Counted from the first letter of the stretch, positions 27,416 to 37,782 are shown. The stretch: 64,000 nt of DNA from Candidatus Velthaea sp. (GCA_965214935.1 CBDCCS010000021.1:239089-303088), one strand, 5' to 3'. The notes: generated by a model from the letters alone, not told the origin. Made by a program: numbers and translations.

Positions 27416-28381
27416 TTAGCTTGCGGCTGCACCGGTTTGCTTGAGTGACGGCGCACCGCTGTTATCGGCGGCTCCGATCGCTGCCCCGCGACGCGCAGCA
27501 TAGAGCTTAGTGAACTCGGCACCAAACAGCAAGATCATCGCTGAATAGTAGATCCAAAGCAGCAACACCAACAGCGAGCCCGCGGCACCGTACGCAGAAG
27601 CCGTTCCGCTTTTCGCAAGGTACAAACCGATCAACGCTTGCCCGATGACGAAGAGCAACGACGTGATCCCCGCGCCGGTCCAGACATCCGCCCAAGCGAT
27701 CGTCGCGTCCGGCAAGATCTTATAAATCAGCGCAAACAGAACCGTAACGATCGCCAGCGATACGACATAGTTGACGACTGTAAAAAGTAAGCCGGCGCCC
27801 GGAAACGGCAGCAAATGCGTAAGGTAGGTCGATACAAACGCCAGCGCTGCGCTCAGTACGAACGTTACGAGCAGAAGAAAGCCGATAACCAGGATCATGC
27901 CCAGCGATGCAACGCGTTGCCGGATGGTCAGCCAGATGCTCTGCTTTTTCGGCTCAACATGCCAAACGGTATTGAGTGAGTCCTGAAGCGCGGCAAAAAC
28001 GCCGGATGCTCCGATGATGAACGTAAGCCAGCCGATGATCTGCGCGATTATGCCTTGATGCGGCTTAGAAAAACTTGCCGCGACCATATCGCGAATCATG
28101 TTCGCCGTTTGCGCACCGACATGAGATTGGATTTGGTCGAGCAATTTGGCTTCGACATTACCGTGCGGATGCTGTAAACCGCCGCCTAAGCCCAGCACCG
28201 TTCCGACGATTGCAATAATAAGAATGATGAGCGGGGCGATCGAAAAGATGGTTGAAAACGACAGCGCAGCAGCGAGGCGCGGCGCCTTGTCTTCGTTCCA
28301 AGCAGTAAAGGTTTCGCGCAACAAGGCAATATCAACGGGGACGGCCATGTCGCATACGTACCCACTCGATGCTCGAAGCAT
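27416..28381 (-). CDS. YihY/BrkB family membrane protein
   Basis: 321 aa. FTAWNEDKAPRLAAALSFSTIFSIAPLIILIIAIVG plus 6 TM segments, ending ...YYSAMILLFGAEFT. Confidence 0.85.
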   Translation of the reverse strand: MLRASSGYVCDMAVPVDIALLRETFTAWNEDKAPRLAAALSFSTIFSIAPLIILIIAIVGTVLGLGGGLQHPHGNVEAKLLDQIQSHVGAQTANMIRDMVAASFSKPHQGIIAQIIGWLTFIIGASGVFAALQDSLNTVWHVEPKKQSIWLTIRQRVASLGMILVIGFLLLVTFVLSAALAFVSTYLTHLLPFPGAGLLFTVVNYVVSLAIVTVLFALIYKILPDATIAWADVWTGAGITSLLFVIGQALIGLYLAKSGTASAYGAAGSLLVLLLWIYYSAMILLFGAEFTKLYAARRGAAIGAADNSGAPSLKQTGAAAS

Positions 28382-28434
28382 GCAGCTTCGGCCGGGGACA
28401 CGGCCGGTAGTCTTCTGCAGCCGAAGGAATCGCC

Positions 28435-29034
28435 ATGGCCGAACATCACGTCGCGGTAACCGTTAATGCGCCGGTGCATCAAGTGTACGCGCTTTTCACT
28501 CATTTCAACGACTATCCCAAGTTCATGACCTACGTCAAAGAAGTCACCTACCTGGACGATCATCGCAGTCACTGGGTCGTCGACATGCTCGGTTCGTACG
28601 AATGGGATGCCGTCAACGAGGATTGGATACCCGACCGTCAGATCGGCTGGCGGTCGGTGAGCGGTCTCGTCAATTCGGGTCGCGTCGTCTTCGCGGCGAC
28701 GTCGGGAAACGCGACGGACGTGCAAGTCGCCATCACGTACGAACCGCCGGGCGGAATCCTGGGCACGATCGGCGAGGCGCTCGTCGCCGGCGCTCAGTTC
28801 GAGCGACGGCTGCAGCACGATCTCGACCATTTTGCGGAGATGGTAGCCGCGGCGCCGCGCGACTCACTCGATCCCGCATCGTCGACCTATCTTTTTCACG
28901 CTAAAAGCGCGGCAGCGATGGGGAAAACAACCGACTCACAAGACCAAACGATGGGAGCGGGGGAGACTGCCGGAATCGGCAGCATCCTCGATCCGCCGAG
29001 CACGACCAGCGTGACGTCAGCCGAATTGGAATAG
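28435..29034 (+). CDS. SRPBCC (cyclase/dehydrase, START-like) family protein
   Basis: 199 aa. N-terminal VTVNAPVHQVYALFTHFNDYPKFMTYVKEVTYLDDHRSHW is typical of polyketide-cyclase-like SRPBCC proteins. Confidence 0.75.
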   Translation: MAEHHVAVTVNAPVHQVYALFTHFNDYPKFMTYVKEVTYLDDHRSHWVVDMLGSYEWDAVNEDWIPDRQIGWRSVSGLVNSGRVVFAATSGNATDVQVAITYEPPGGILGTIGEALVAGAQFERRLQHDLDHFAEMVAAAPRDSLDPASSTYLFHAKSAAAMGKTTDSQDQTMGAGETAGIGSILDPPSTTSVTSAELE

Positions 29035-29047
29035 CCGTACGGTTCGG

Positions 29048-29221
29048 CTAAGCATCGACATCTTCGCCTTCGTCCTCGTCATCGTCTTCATCGTCCATAT
29101 CGTCGGCGTCGGCATCGATGTTCGGATCGAGTGCGATCGTATGCGAGTTCTCCTCGCGATCGGCGGGCGTCGGCAAGCGCTCTTCGGTGAGATCGTCCTG
29201 GTATAAATCCGTGCGTTCCAT
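29048..29221 (-). CDS. Small, extremely acidic protein (57 aa)
   Basis: MERTDLYQDDLTEERLPTPADREENSHTIALDPNIDADADDMDDEDDDEDEGEDVDA. The longer track ORF would leave only 4 nt to the divergent gene, so ATG 29221 is preferred. Confidence 0.4.
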   Translation of the reverse strand: MERTDLYQDDLTEERLPTPADREENSHTIALDPNIDADADDMDDEDDDEDEGEDVDA

Positions 29222-29285
29222 GAACGCCCCGTACCCGGCGTTCAGCGGCCGAAACTGACGCCGGGGCGGGTGGGTTTGCATCGGC

Positions 29286-30260
29286 GTGAACGCGATTCGA
29301 ATCGGCTTGCAAGGCAGCGCCGACGTCATGCAGCTCGTCGATGTTCCGGTCCCCGAACCCGGTCCGGGCGAAGTCCGAATCGCGCAATCCGTCGCCGGCG
29401 TCAACTACATCGACGTCTACGAACGCAGCGGTACCTACAAGCGCGATCTACCGTTCATCCTCGGACGCGAAGGCGCGGGAACCGTCGACGCGCTCGGTTC
29501 CGGCGTTACGGAGTTTGCCATTGGTGACCGGGTTGCGTATCTCGATCTACCACGACCCGGCGGATACGCTCAATACGCCGTCCTTTCGGCGCTGCAGACC
29601 CTACCGGTGCCGGACGGTATCGACGATCGCACGGCTTGTGCGGTGATGCTGCAAGGCGTAACCGCGCACTATCTCTGCGCGAGTACGTACGCGGTACAGC
29701 CCGGTGACAGCGTGCTCGTGCACGCCGCAGCCGGCGGCGTCGGGCGACTGCTCGTACAGCTTGCGAAACGTGCGCACGCAACGGTGATCGCGACTGCCGG
29801 AGGTGCGGAAAAGATCGCGCTTGCGCGCAGCGCCGGCGCCGACCACGTCATCGACTATAACGACGTTGATTTCGCGCCGGAAGTCATGCGCTTAACCGCC
29901 GGCCGCGGCGTGGCTGCGGCATACGATTCGGTCGGCCGCCAAACCTGGGAGCGCAGTCTGAGCGTCGTAAGGAAACGCGGTTATCTCGTGCTCTACGGAG
30001 CCGCAAGCGGGCCGGTGCCTCCGATCGACCCGTTACGGTTGATGGCGGCCGGCTCGATTTTCGTTACCAGGCCCACGTTAGGTGATTACAAGCAAACGCG
30101 CGAGGAACTGCTGGCGCGCACGAACGACGTTTTCACGGCAATCGCGGCGGGTGAACTCGACGTTCGCATCGGCGCCACCTATCCGCTAAGCGAAGCGGCT
30201 CAAGCACATCGCGATCTCGAAGCGCGCAAAACGACGGGCAAGGTACTGTTGCTACCGTAG
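29286..30260 (+). CDS. NADPH:quinone oxidoreductase (zinc-independent MDR family)
   Basis: 324 aa. VPVPEPGPGEVRIAQSVAGVNYIDVY, cofactor motif VHAAAGGVGRLLVQLAK, C-terminal GKVLLLP. Confidence 0.9.
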   Translation: MNAIRIGLQGSADVMQLVDVPVPEPGPGEVRIAQSVAGVNYIDVYERSGTYKRDLPFILGREGAGTVDALGSGVTEFAIGDRVAYLDLPRPGGYAQYAVLSALQTLPVPDGIDDRTACAVMLQGVTAHYLCASTYAVQPGDSVLVHAAAGGVGRLLVQLAKRAHATVIATAGGAEKIALARSAGADHVIDYNDVDFAPEVMRLTAGRGVAAAYDSVGRQTWERSLSVVRKRGYLVLYGAASGPVPPIDPLRLMAAGSIFVTRPTLGDYKQTREELLARTNDVFTAIAAGELDVRIGATYPLSEAAQAHRDLEARKTTGKVLLLP

Positions 30261-30291
30261 CGTCGATCAACGTCTGCTAGTTGAGAAAGCC

Positions 30292-30307
30292 GAGCCGCGT
30301 GCGGCTC
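30292..30307. terminator. Possible bidirectional hairpin between convergent genes
   Basis: GAGCCG-CGTG-CGGCTC, a perfect 6-bp GC stem with a 4-nt loop. No clear U-tract on either side. Confidence 0.25.
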
Positions 30308-30445
30308 CGCCGACCCGTTACCACACGTTTCGCCGCGCCATCCATTTCCATTACCCCGGCGTTGTTCGGATACAGTAGGATCGGTCGTCTCACCGGCGTT
30401 ACCGGCATGTAGCTGTGCACCGCAGCCGTCACGAGGGGCGCCGGC

Positions 30446-31456
30446 TCATTGTCTTCGCCCGCTGTTTGCCGATGAGTGGCTGCCTAAAGCGACAACAAGT
30501 TCATGTACCGATATGGTCGCGGACGCCGCAAGCAGATCCAAGTCGGTTTCCCGATCGATGAGGTCGATCGCCGGCTGCGCGAACGCTGCGGCCCGATGCA
30601 GCGTCGTGAATTGCATTCCGACGGCAAGCGTATCGTTCATCGGCCGGCGCAGTCGCGGAAAACCGTCGCCGTATCCACAGCGCACGACGATGAGAAAGCC
30701 GTCGAACGGCGCTAAGCCGAGGCCATAACCGACACGTTGTCCACGCGCCTCGAGCCGTTCGACTACCGCCGCACGCACGACGATTGCCGATCTGACGTTA
30801 ACGCTCGCGCCGAACCGTGCACCGAACAATCCGACACCGAGGCGAACGTGTGAGTAGCGGCCGACATTCGCGGCAAGCGGAGCAGAACTCGCAAGATCCG
30901 TCGCAACGAGCGAAGCACCCGCAGTGCGCAACACTGCGATTGCCGTTTCAAAGATCGCCGTTTGTTCGGCCTGCAGCGACGCGTCGGTGATATGGCTGGA
31001 TACTTCGACGTCGCTTTGCAAGCCCGCCAAGATCCGTGCAAATCGGCCGATTCGGTCGATCGCAATGCCCGACCAGCCGACCGCACCGCGTATGGCGACA
31101 CGGACGCGCGGACGTCGCGCGTTCGTGCGTGCCCATGCATCGGCGGCGTGTAATCCATCGAGTGTTGACAATGTCGGAATACCGTTCCGCTCCAAGACAT
31201 CGCCCAGTCGGTGCGCCGGGACGTCGACGAGCGTGCTTATCGGCCGCTTTGTCAGCGGCGCGACTTGCAGAAACTCATCGATGTCACTGACATAATAGCC
31301 GTCGACAAGGTCGTCGATAGCGTCGACAATCGTCTTGAATCCCCAACCGTAGCCATTCGATTTAATGACCGCGCGCAGAGACGTGCCGGCAAGTTCGCGC
31401 CACTGGATAGCGTTCTGCCGAAGGACGTTCGAATCCAGCCGAATTTCAGGCTGCAT
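30446..31456 (-). CDS. Alanine racemase family PLP enzyme
   Basis: 336 aa. PLP-lysine context LRAVIKSNGYGWG (compare AVVKANAYGHG) and C-terminal CGYGDGFPR (compare GYADGYPR). Shorter than typical Alr. Confidence 0.7.
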   Translation of the reverse strand: MQPEIRLDSNVLRQNAIQWRELAGTSLRAVIKSNGYGWGFKTIVDAIDDLVDGYYVSDIDEFLQVAPLTKRPISTLVDVPAHRLGDVLERNGIPTLSTLDGLHAADAWARTNARRPRVRVAIRGAVGWSGIAIDRIGRFARILAGLQSDVEVSSHITDASLQAEQTAIFETAIAVLRTAGASLVATDLASSAPLAANVGRYSHVRLGVGLFGARFGASVNVRSAIVVRAAVVERLEARGQRVGYGLGLAPFDGFLIVVRCGYGDGFPRLRRPMNDTLAVGMQFTTLHRAAAFAQPAIDLIDRETDLDLLAASATISVHELVVALGSHSSANSGRRQ

Positions 31457-31664
31457 CGGCGACCAACGAATACGGCGGTAGTTGCATTCCGGTCGAGCAA
31501 CGCACTGCTCCGACCACCCGAAGTAGACGGCTTGATAAATCCAAAGTTTTCAAGTTCGGAAACATTCGCGGGTCGCAGCGGTAAAGCAAATGCACGCTAC
31601 GCAGGGTCGTGAGCATGACGATTACGATCGCTGAGTCGCGACGGGTAGCCGCGGGGTTCTCGCA

Positions 31665-32369
31665 ATGAATGCAATCCGTAATCCGGGAAGAGTCGCCGGC
31701 TTCTGGTACCTGCTTTTGGTGGTCGTTGGTCCGCTTCGGCTCATTTACATTCCTGCGACGCTTTTCGTCGCAGGGAATGCAGCGGCAACCGCCCGCAACA
31801 TCACGACGCACGAGTGGCTGTTCCGTCTCGGAATCGTAAGTGACTTATTCTGTGCGGTCATTCTGATTTTTCTGGTAATGGCGTTCTACGGTTTATTTCA
31901 AAGAGTAAACCATAATCTGGCCGTCTTAGTCGTCATCTTCGGCGGGGTCATGCCGGCTCTAATTTACTTCACGAACGTAGTGAGCGACTTGGGGGCCTTG
32001 CTCGTTGCGCGTGGAGCTGCGTTTCTGAATGTATTCGATCCATCGCAGCGAGACGCGATTGCCATGCTCTTACTCAAGCTCCACGACCAGCAAATCACTG
32101 CCGCCGAGACGCTATGGGGCATTTGGCTGTTGCCGTTAGCGTGGCTCGTGTACGAATCACGCTTCATGCCACGGTTTCTTGCCATTTGGCTAGCGATCAA
32201 CGGCTGTGCATACGTCATTGTAAGCGTGACCGGCTTATTGGTACCGGACTATCAGGGGCTCGTATTCAACATTTCTTCGCCCGCACGCTTAGGCGAGTTG
32301 GCGTTGATGCTTTGGCTTTTAATCAAGGGCGCGCGACCGCCCCGGCCGGACATCGTACAGCCTGCTTGA
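31665..32369 (+). CDS. DUF4386 family membrane protein
   Basis: 234 aa. RVAGFWYLLLVVVGPLRLIYIPATLFV ... ITTHEWLFRLGIVSDLFCAVILIFLVMAFYGLF. Confidence 0.65.
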   Translation: MNAIRNPGRVAGFWYLLLVVVGPLRLIYIPATLFVAGNAAATARNITTHEWLFRLGIVSDLFCAVILIFLVMAFYGLFQRVNHNLAVLVVIFGGVMPALIYFTNVVSDLGALLVARGAAFLNVFDPSQRDAIAMLLLKLHDQQITAAETLWGIWLLPLAWLVYESRFMPRFLAIWLAINGCAYVIVSVTGLLVPDYQGLVFNISSPARLGELALMLWLLIKGARPPRPDIVQPA

Positions 32370-32427
32370 ACGTCGATTGCCGCGCGCGACGTTCGGCTGT
32401 TCGCGATTTTCGTCTGATTCGTCCGAG

Positions 32428-33927
32428 ATGAAAGATCGCATCGCACTATGGACCGCTGCCTTCGGCGCCGTGCTGCACGTGACGGTCGCAAACCGCTACG
32501 ATCTCTTCCGCGATGAATTGTACTTCATCGTGTGCGGTCGGCACCCGGCGTTCGGCTACGTCGATCAACCGCCGCTCATTCCCCTTGCGGCGGCCGCTGC
32601 CTATGCGCTCGGCGGCGAGACGTGGATGGTGCGACTCCCGGCGGTTTTTGCCGCCGCGGCACTCGCGTGGATCACCGTTCGGTTCGTTCGGCTGCTGGGC
32701 GGCAGCGACAGTGCTGCATGGCTGGCGGGGCTTGCCGTCGTCGTCGCACCGATGTTCGCCGGGCTGACCGCAACGCTCAACACAACCACCTTCGAGCCGC
32801 TGGCGTGGACGACCGTCGCTTACGGCCTCGCGCGTGTTACCGTGCGCGACGATCGGCGTGCGCTGATATGGATGGCGCCCGTTGCAGGCTTCGCTATGGA
32901 AGCAAAGTATGCGTTACCCCTCTGGCTGCTCGCGCTTGCAGCCGGCCTTTCGCTGACGCCGGAGCGCCGGATCATCGCCCGGCAAGATTCGTGGCTCGCT
33001 GTCGCCATTGCCGGCCTAATCGCATTACCATCGCTGATCTGGCAAGCCGCGCACGATTGGCCGTTTGCCGAACTCGTACGCAATGCGCATGTAAAAGACA
33101 GCGCCGGAACACCGCTGGCATTCGCGCTCAATCAGCTACTGGTTTACGGTCCGCTTTTCGCACCGATCTGGCTCGGCGGATTCTTTGCACCATTTGTGAT
33201 ACCCGCGCTACGCAAGCTACGCTTTGTGTCGATCGCGTTCGCCGTCGCGGCGCTTGCCATTGTCACAGGTCACGGTAAAGATTACTATCTCGCGCCCGCA
33301 GTTCCGACGCTCTTCGCCGTTGGAGCCGTCGCTCTCGAATACACGGTCCGTTCCGTCCGGATTCGCGTCGTCTACTCCGTCGTTGCGGTCGTGCTCGCGT
33401 TCCCGCTGCTCCCGCTAGCGTTGCCGATCGTACCGCCTGCGCGGCTGCTCGCGTACGAGCGTGCGCTGCATCTCGCGCCGCAACAGCAAGAGCGCAGCGA
33501 TGCAGGTGATACGTTTCCGTCGACGTTCGCCGACATGCTCGGTTGGCATGATCTCGTGCGCCAAGTCGGCACCGCGTACGCCTCGCTGACACCCGCGGAA
33601 CGTCGCAATACGGCATTGCTCGTCGACAACTACGGTGAAGCGGCCGCGCTCGATCTATATGGCGGTGCGTATGGATTGCCGCGCGCGCTCGCCGGCCAAA
33701 ATCAGTATTATCTCTGGGGCCCAATTCCGGATGAACGGGCGGCCAACGTGCTGCGCGTTCAAGGTAACGTTTCGGCTCTGCGGCCATATTGCCGCGCCGT
33801 GCGCGTTCTTGGAACGACGCAATCGCGCTACGCGCGCTCATTCGAACAAGACAAAGTCATCGCGTTCTGTCGCGGGTTGCATCCGGCGCTCTCACACATC
33901 TGGCCGGAGCTAAAGTCTTTTATTTAA
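32428..33927 (+). CDS. Glycosyltransferase family 39 (ArnT/PMT-like) membrane protein
   Basis: About 499 aa from ATG 32428. N-terminal LFRDELYFIVCGRHPAFGYVDQPPLIPL motif and more than 10 TM helices, followed by a soluble C-terminal domain. Confidence 0.8.
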   Translation: MKDRIALWTAAFGAVLHVTVANRYDLFRDELYFIVCGRHPAFGYVDQPPLIPLAAAAAYALGGETWMVRLPAVFAAAALAWITVRFVRLLGGSDSAAWLAGLAVVVAPMFAGLTATLNTTTFEPLAWTTVAYGLARVTVRDDRRALIWMAPVAGFAMEAKYALPLWLLALAAGLSLTPERRIIARQDSWLAVAIAGLIALPSLIWQAAHDWPFAELVRNAHVKDSAGTPLAFALNQLLVYGPLFAPIWLGGFFAPFVIPALRKLRFVSIAFAVAALAIVTGHGKDYYLAPAVPTLFAVGAVALEYTVRSVRIRVVYSVVAVVLAFPLLPLALPIVPPARLLAYERALHLAPQQQERSDAGDTFPSTFADMLGWHDLVRQVGTAYASLTPAERRNTALLVDNYGEAAALDLYGGAYGLPRALAGQNQYYLWGPIPDERAANVLRVQGNVSALRPYCRAVRVLGTTQSRYARSFEQDKVIAFCRGLHPALSHIWPELKSFI

Positions 33928-34081
33928 CGTTAGATGTTGAAATATGCTCAGTCGATCCGAGCGCATATACATCGTGTCGTTCGTTTGTTCGGCCGCAAAG
34001 CGTCCGCCGCAACGTAAGGCCGGCATCTTTATCAAGAATCCAGCCCAGCATTAGCAGCGCTTACGAAAGCCGCTCAGTTCG

Positions 34082-35524
34082 TTAACCGACGGCGACGGCT
34101 TCCGGTGCATCGCCGGCGATGAGATCCGGCCGGTTGAGATCGAGCCCCGCGTACGGAATGGTTTCCGCGCCCGGAAACGCCTCGCGTAGTGCGGCACTGA
34201 ACTTTTCCGTATGACCGACAAGCACGACGAATGGGTCGGTCGCAATCGATTCCTGTGCGAAGCGGTGCACGTCGTCGACTCCGACCGCGCTTATGCGAGC
34301 GACATAGTGCTCGAGATCGGCAAGCGGTACGTCATATAACGCAAGTTCACCCAAGGTTCCGGCGATGCCGTCGATCGTTTCGATTCCGCGGTAAAAAGCA
34401 CCGATGATCGTCTCTTTGCGCGTCGCGAGTTCGGCGGCATCGATCGGCGACCGGGCCAAACTTTGCAGCGTTTCGAGCATTACGCGCGTTGCTTCGGCCA
34501 CCTTGGCGTGATCGACGAGTGTCGATGCGAGAAACATCCCCGGTTCGCGGCGCGTGACGAGTTGAGCGCCGGCGCCGTACGAAAGTCCGCGTTTTACGCG
34601 AATCGCTTGATTGAGCCGACCGGAGTAGCCCGAGAGCACCGCCGTTGCAACGGTGCCGGCATAATAGTCGGGCGAACTGCGTGCGATTGCAACGCGGCCG
34701 GTAAGAATCGCGGTCCGGCCGGCATCCGGTTTGTCGATTGCAACGATTCGCGCGCGGGGCGCCGGCGCGGCCGGCGGAGCATGCACGTCGAGCGGCGTCG
34801 AGGGTGCGTGCCAATCGCCGAGCACCGACTCGACGAGCGCGAAAGCATCGGCGACGCTGATGTCGCCGCCGATGACGAGCAAAGCGTTATCGGGCCGGTA
34901 CCAGCGCTCGTGAAAATAGGCAACGTTTGCGCGCGTTAGCGTGGCAAGCGTTTCGGCAGTGCCGGCCAGCGGATGCCCGTACGGCGATGCTGCGTAGGCG
35001 ACTCGATTTGCGACTAAGCGCGCAAGTGCGGATGGATTGCTGTACGTTAGTCCGAGATCGGAGATCGACTTCGTCCGCACGCGTTCCACTTCGGCCGGTG
35101 CAAAGGCCGGTTGCCGAATGACGTCGTCGAAGAGCGCGAAGGCTTGCCGAAATACCGGTGTCGTCGCGCTGACTCCGACTACCGACGCATCGTAGCCCGA
35201 ACTCGCATCGAGCCGCGCTCCCAGCGCGTCGATGCGTTGCGCGATTTGCAGCGCACTCAACGTCGTTGTTCCGCTGGTCAGCAACGACGCGCACAACGCG
35301 CATAAGCCGGCCTCGTTTTCGGTTTCACGCGATCCGCCGGCGCGCAGGATGAGCTGCGCGGCAATTAACGGAACGCCCAGCGCTTTGGGCCCCGAACGCT
35401 GCGTAAAGGCAACCACGCGCAATCCATTGGGCAACGTGCGTTCGCTCGAGACCGGCAAGATCGCGCTGCGCGGAATCCCCGGCGCCGGCGGCGCCGCGTA
35501 GACAACGATGTCGGGCTCGATCAT
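34082..35524 (-). CDS. M16 family peptidase subunit without HxxEH motif
   Basis: 480 aa with the M16 two-domain layout (LPNGLRVVAFTQRSG...). No HxxEH is visible. ATGA overlap with the upstream partner. Confidence 0.8.
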   Translation of the reverse strand: MIEPDIVVYAAPPAPGIPRSAILPVSSERTLPNGLRVVAFTQRSGPKALGVPLIAAQLILRAGGSRETENEAGLCALCASLLTSGTTTLSALQIAQRIDALGARLDASSGYDASVVGVSATTPVFRQAFALFDDVIRQPAFAPAEVERVRTKSISDLGLTYSNPSALARLVANRVAYAASPYGHPLAGTAETLATLTRANVAYFHERWYRPDNALLVIGGDISVADAFALVESVLGDWHAPSTPLDVHAPPAAPAPRARIVAIDKPDAGRTAILTGRVAIARSSPDYYAGTVATAVLSGYSGRLNQAIRVKRGLSYGAGAQLVTRREPGMFLASTLVDHAKVAEATRVMLETLQSLARSPIDAAELATRKETIIGAFYRGIETIDGIAGTLGELALYDVPLADLEHYVARISAVGVDDVHRFAQESIATDPFVVLVGHTEKFSAALREAFPGAETIPYAGLDLNRPDLIAGDAPEAVAVG

Positions 35525-36816
35525 TCCGGTACGTATTCGACGACGGTGCGATTTTCGGGCCTGAAATAGGCGGCGGCTACGCGCTGAACGTCGGCCGCCG
35601 TAACGCTTTGATAGCGCGCTAAATCGGTGTTGACGGCGTCGGGCGCGTTGCGTTCGACCGCCGAACGGACGAGCGACAGTGCGATGCCGTTATAGGTCTG
35701 CCGGCCGCGGACGAACGAGCTGGCAATTTGCGTTTTCGCCCGGTCCAACTCTTCGGCGTTAACGGGTTCGGCTTGCAGGCGTTCGATCTCGAAGTCCAGC
35801 GCGGCCCGCGCATCGGCAATGTGTTTGCCGCGGCTCAAAATAGCGGAGAACTCGAAGAGTCCGGGCGCTTCGCGCAAATCGGCGCGGGCGTACGCGCTTG
35901 TTGCGATCTGCTTTCCATACACGAGCGACTGATACAGCCGCGAACTCTTTCCCGCGCCGAGCAGCGTTTCGGCAAGATCGAGCGGTGCGGCGTCGGGATG
36001 GCTCGCGGCCGGTATGTGATAGGCGTAATCGAGCGCCGGCAGCGGAACGTTCGCCGCGCTATACGTAATGCTGCGTTCGGCGCTCTGCGGCGGTTCGACG
36101 ATCGTTACCCGCGGCACGCTGCCGGCCGGCGTGGCGATCGCGCCGAAATATGCATCGATCCAGCCGTTGGTTCGATCGAGGTCGAGATCGCCGACCACCA
36201 CCAGCACGGCGTTATCGGGCCGGTAATAGGTCGCGTGAAAGTCGACCACGTCGTCGAGCGTCGCCGCATTGAGATTGTCGGGATCGCCGATCACCCCGCG
36301 CTTGTACGGATGAACGCTGAACGCTTCGCGATTGACGATCTCGTCAAGCATGCCGTACGGCTCGGCTAAAATGCGCGCGTCGTATTCGCCGATCACCACT
36401 TCACGCTCGGTGACGAAATGCGCTTGGGTGATGCGCAGCGATGCCAAGCGGTCGGCCTCGGCCCATAACAGCGTCTCGAGGTGATTGGACGGAACGACTT
36501 CATAATAGTTGGTGATGTCTTCGGCGGTAAAGGCGTTGTTGTAACCGCCGACGTCTTCGGTCAGCCGGTCCATCGTCTCGGGCGCCGTGTTGGCCGTCCC
36601 CTTGAACATGAGATGCTCGAAAAGATGCGCAAAACCCGAACGGCCGGGCGGATCGTCTTTGCCGCCGACCCGATAACCGACGTTGATTGCAACGAACGGC
36701 GAGCGATGGTCCTCGACGAGCAGCACGCGCAACCCGTTAGGCAGGGTACGGTCGGTGAAATCAACCGGCGCGAGTGCAATCGCGGGTGCCGCCGGGGACC
36801 AAACGGACTGAGTCAT
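35521..36816 (-). CDS. M16 family zinc metallopeptidase (pitrilysin/insulinase-like), catalytic subunit
   Basis: About 431 aa from ATG 36816. LPNGLRVLLVEDHRSP, then the inverted zinc motif HLFEHLMFKGT. Confidence 0.9.
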   Translation of the reverse strand: MTQSVWSPAAPAIALAPVDFTDRTLPNGLRVLLVEDHRSPFVAINVGYRVGGKDDPPGRSGFAHLFEHLMFKGTANTAPETMDRLTEDVGGYNNAFTAEDITNYYEVVPSNHLETLLWAEADRLASLRITQAHFVTEREVVIGEYDARILAEPYGMLDEIVNREAFSVHPYKRGVIGDPDNLNAATLDDVVDFHATYYRPDNAVLVVVGDLDLDRTNGWIDAYFGAIATPAGSVPRVTIVEPPQSAERSITYSAANVPLPALDYAYHIPAASHPDAAPLDLAETLLGAGKSSRLYQSLVYGKQIATSAYARADLREAPGLFEFSAILSRGKHIADARAALDFEIERLQAEPVNAEELDRAKTQIASSFVRGRQTYNGIALSLVRSAVERNAPDAVNTDLARYQSVTAADVQRVAAAYFRPENRTVVEYVPE

Positions 36817-36971
36817 TTCCACATCACGGACAAGAACAAAGTCTTCCTCGATTGCGCCCGGGCCGCTCCATATCTTGCCGCTAGAGGGGTGCAAGCGATG
36901 AAGTTCGGTTAAGACGACGCGGGCAACGCGCCGGTGCCCGATCGTACGGCAAACGAACCTGGAAAGCAGCA

Positions 36972-37000
36972 TTGACATCGAACATACGTTCGATTATGCT
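36972..37000 (+). promoter_or_regulatory. Sigma-70-like promoter with embedded LexA (SOS) box upstream of the imuA'-like gene
   Basis: TTGACA (36972-77), a 17-nt spacer, then TATGCT (36995-37000). The spacer holds the perfect palindrome TCGAAC-ATAC-GTTCGA (36978-93). The ATG follows 8 nt after the -10 with no SD. Confidence 0.7.
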
Positions 37001-37008
37001 TCTGCCCC

Positions 37009-37782
37009 ATGGCCGCATCACCCGCCTTCGCCGACCTTCGGTCACAACTCGATCATCGCTTTCGCGACACGACCGGAGCTGCGTTTATCCCGGCCGGTGA
37101 ACGCCTGCTCGTCAGCGGCATCACCGAACTCGACCGTGTTTTAGGCGGCGGCTTGCCGTGCGGAACGATTGCAACTGTGGAAGGGCAGCGCAGTTCGGGA
37201 CGGCTTGCCATCGCCGCCCGGCTTTTAGCGGTAGCGACCCAAGCCGGGCTAGCGGCCATTGTCGGAATTCCGGCGTTTCCTCCGGCGCTGGCTGCGGCCG
37301 GAGTCGTACTCGAACGCCTGCTGGTCGTAACGGCGACATGTCCGGTCGAAGTCGCGCGCGCAGCGGATATTCTTTTGCGATCCGGAGCGTTTGCCGTCGT
37401 CGTCATACCGGCGTTGCCGAGCGGTCCGCGAACGGGCTCGGCCACCTGGACGCGGCTCACGAGTTTAGCGCATCGTGCCAACGCGGTTTTGTTCGCGGTC
37501 GGGACGAGCGCTTCGAGCGAATTGCGTTACTTTGCTTCGGTGCGCATTGAAACAACGATCGAACGTATCCGCTGGAACGGACCTTCGGGACATTTCGCCG
37601 AGTTGGCAGGCTACGACGTCCGAGCAACGATTCGAAAGCATAAGCGCGCGGCACCCGGTGCCAGCGCGCTTATTTCGTGCCTGCCGTTCGAGAATCGCGC
37701 CCCGCTTGTCGCAATTCGCGAATGCATGTTTGCGACGGCACCGGCCGTGCCGTCGCGGGCCCGCCTAACGGCGGCGAGTTAG
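37009..37782 (+). CDS. imuA: ImuA'-like RecA-fold protein (SOS mutagenesis cassette)
   Basis: 257 aa. RecA/ImuA-like ITELDRVLGGGLPCGTIATVEGQRSSGRLAIAARLLA with a degenerate Walker A (GQRSSGRL). Preceded by a LexA box, and an imuB-like gene lies downstream. Confidence 0.65.
   Translation: MAASPAFADLRSQLDHRFRDTTGAAFIPAGERLLVSGITELDRVLGGGLPCGTIATVEGQRSSGRLAIAARLLAVATQAGLAAIVGIPAFPPALAAAGVVLERLLVVTATCPVEVARAADILLRSGAFAVVVIPALPSGPRTGSATWTRLTSLAHRANAVLFAVGTSASSELRYFASVRIETTIERIRWNGPSGHFAELAGYDVRATIRKHKRAAPGASALISCLPFENRAPLVAIRECMFATAPAVPSRARLTAAS

Noticed and set aside
33944-33970. Imperfect inverted repeat ATATGCTC...GAGCGCATAT between the convergent GT39 and M16 genes, as a possible terminator.
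   Set aside because: The stem is interrupted, the loop is long, and there is no U-tract. The evidence is too weak to annotate.
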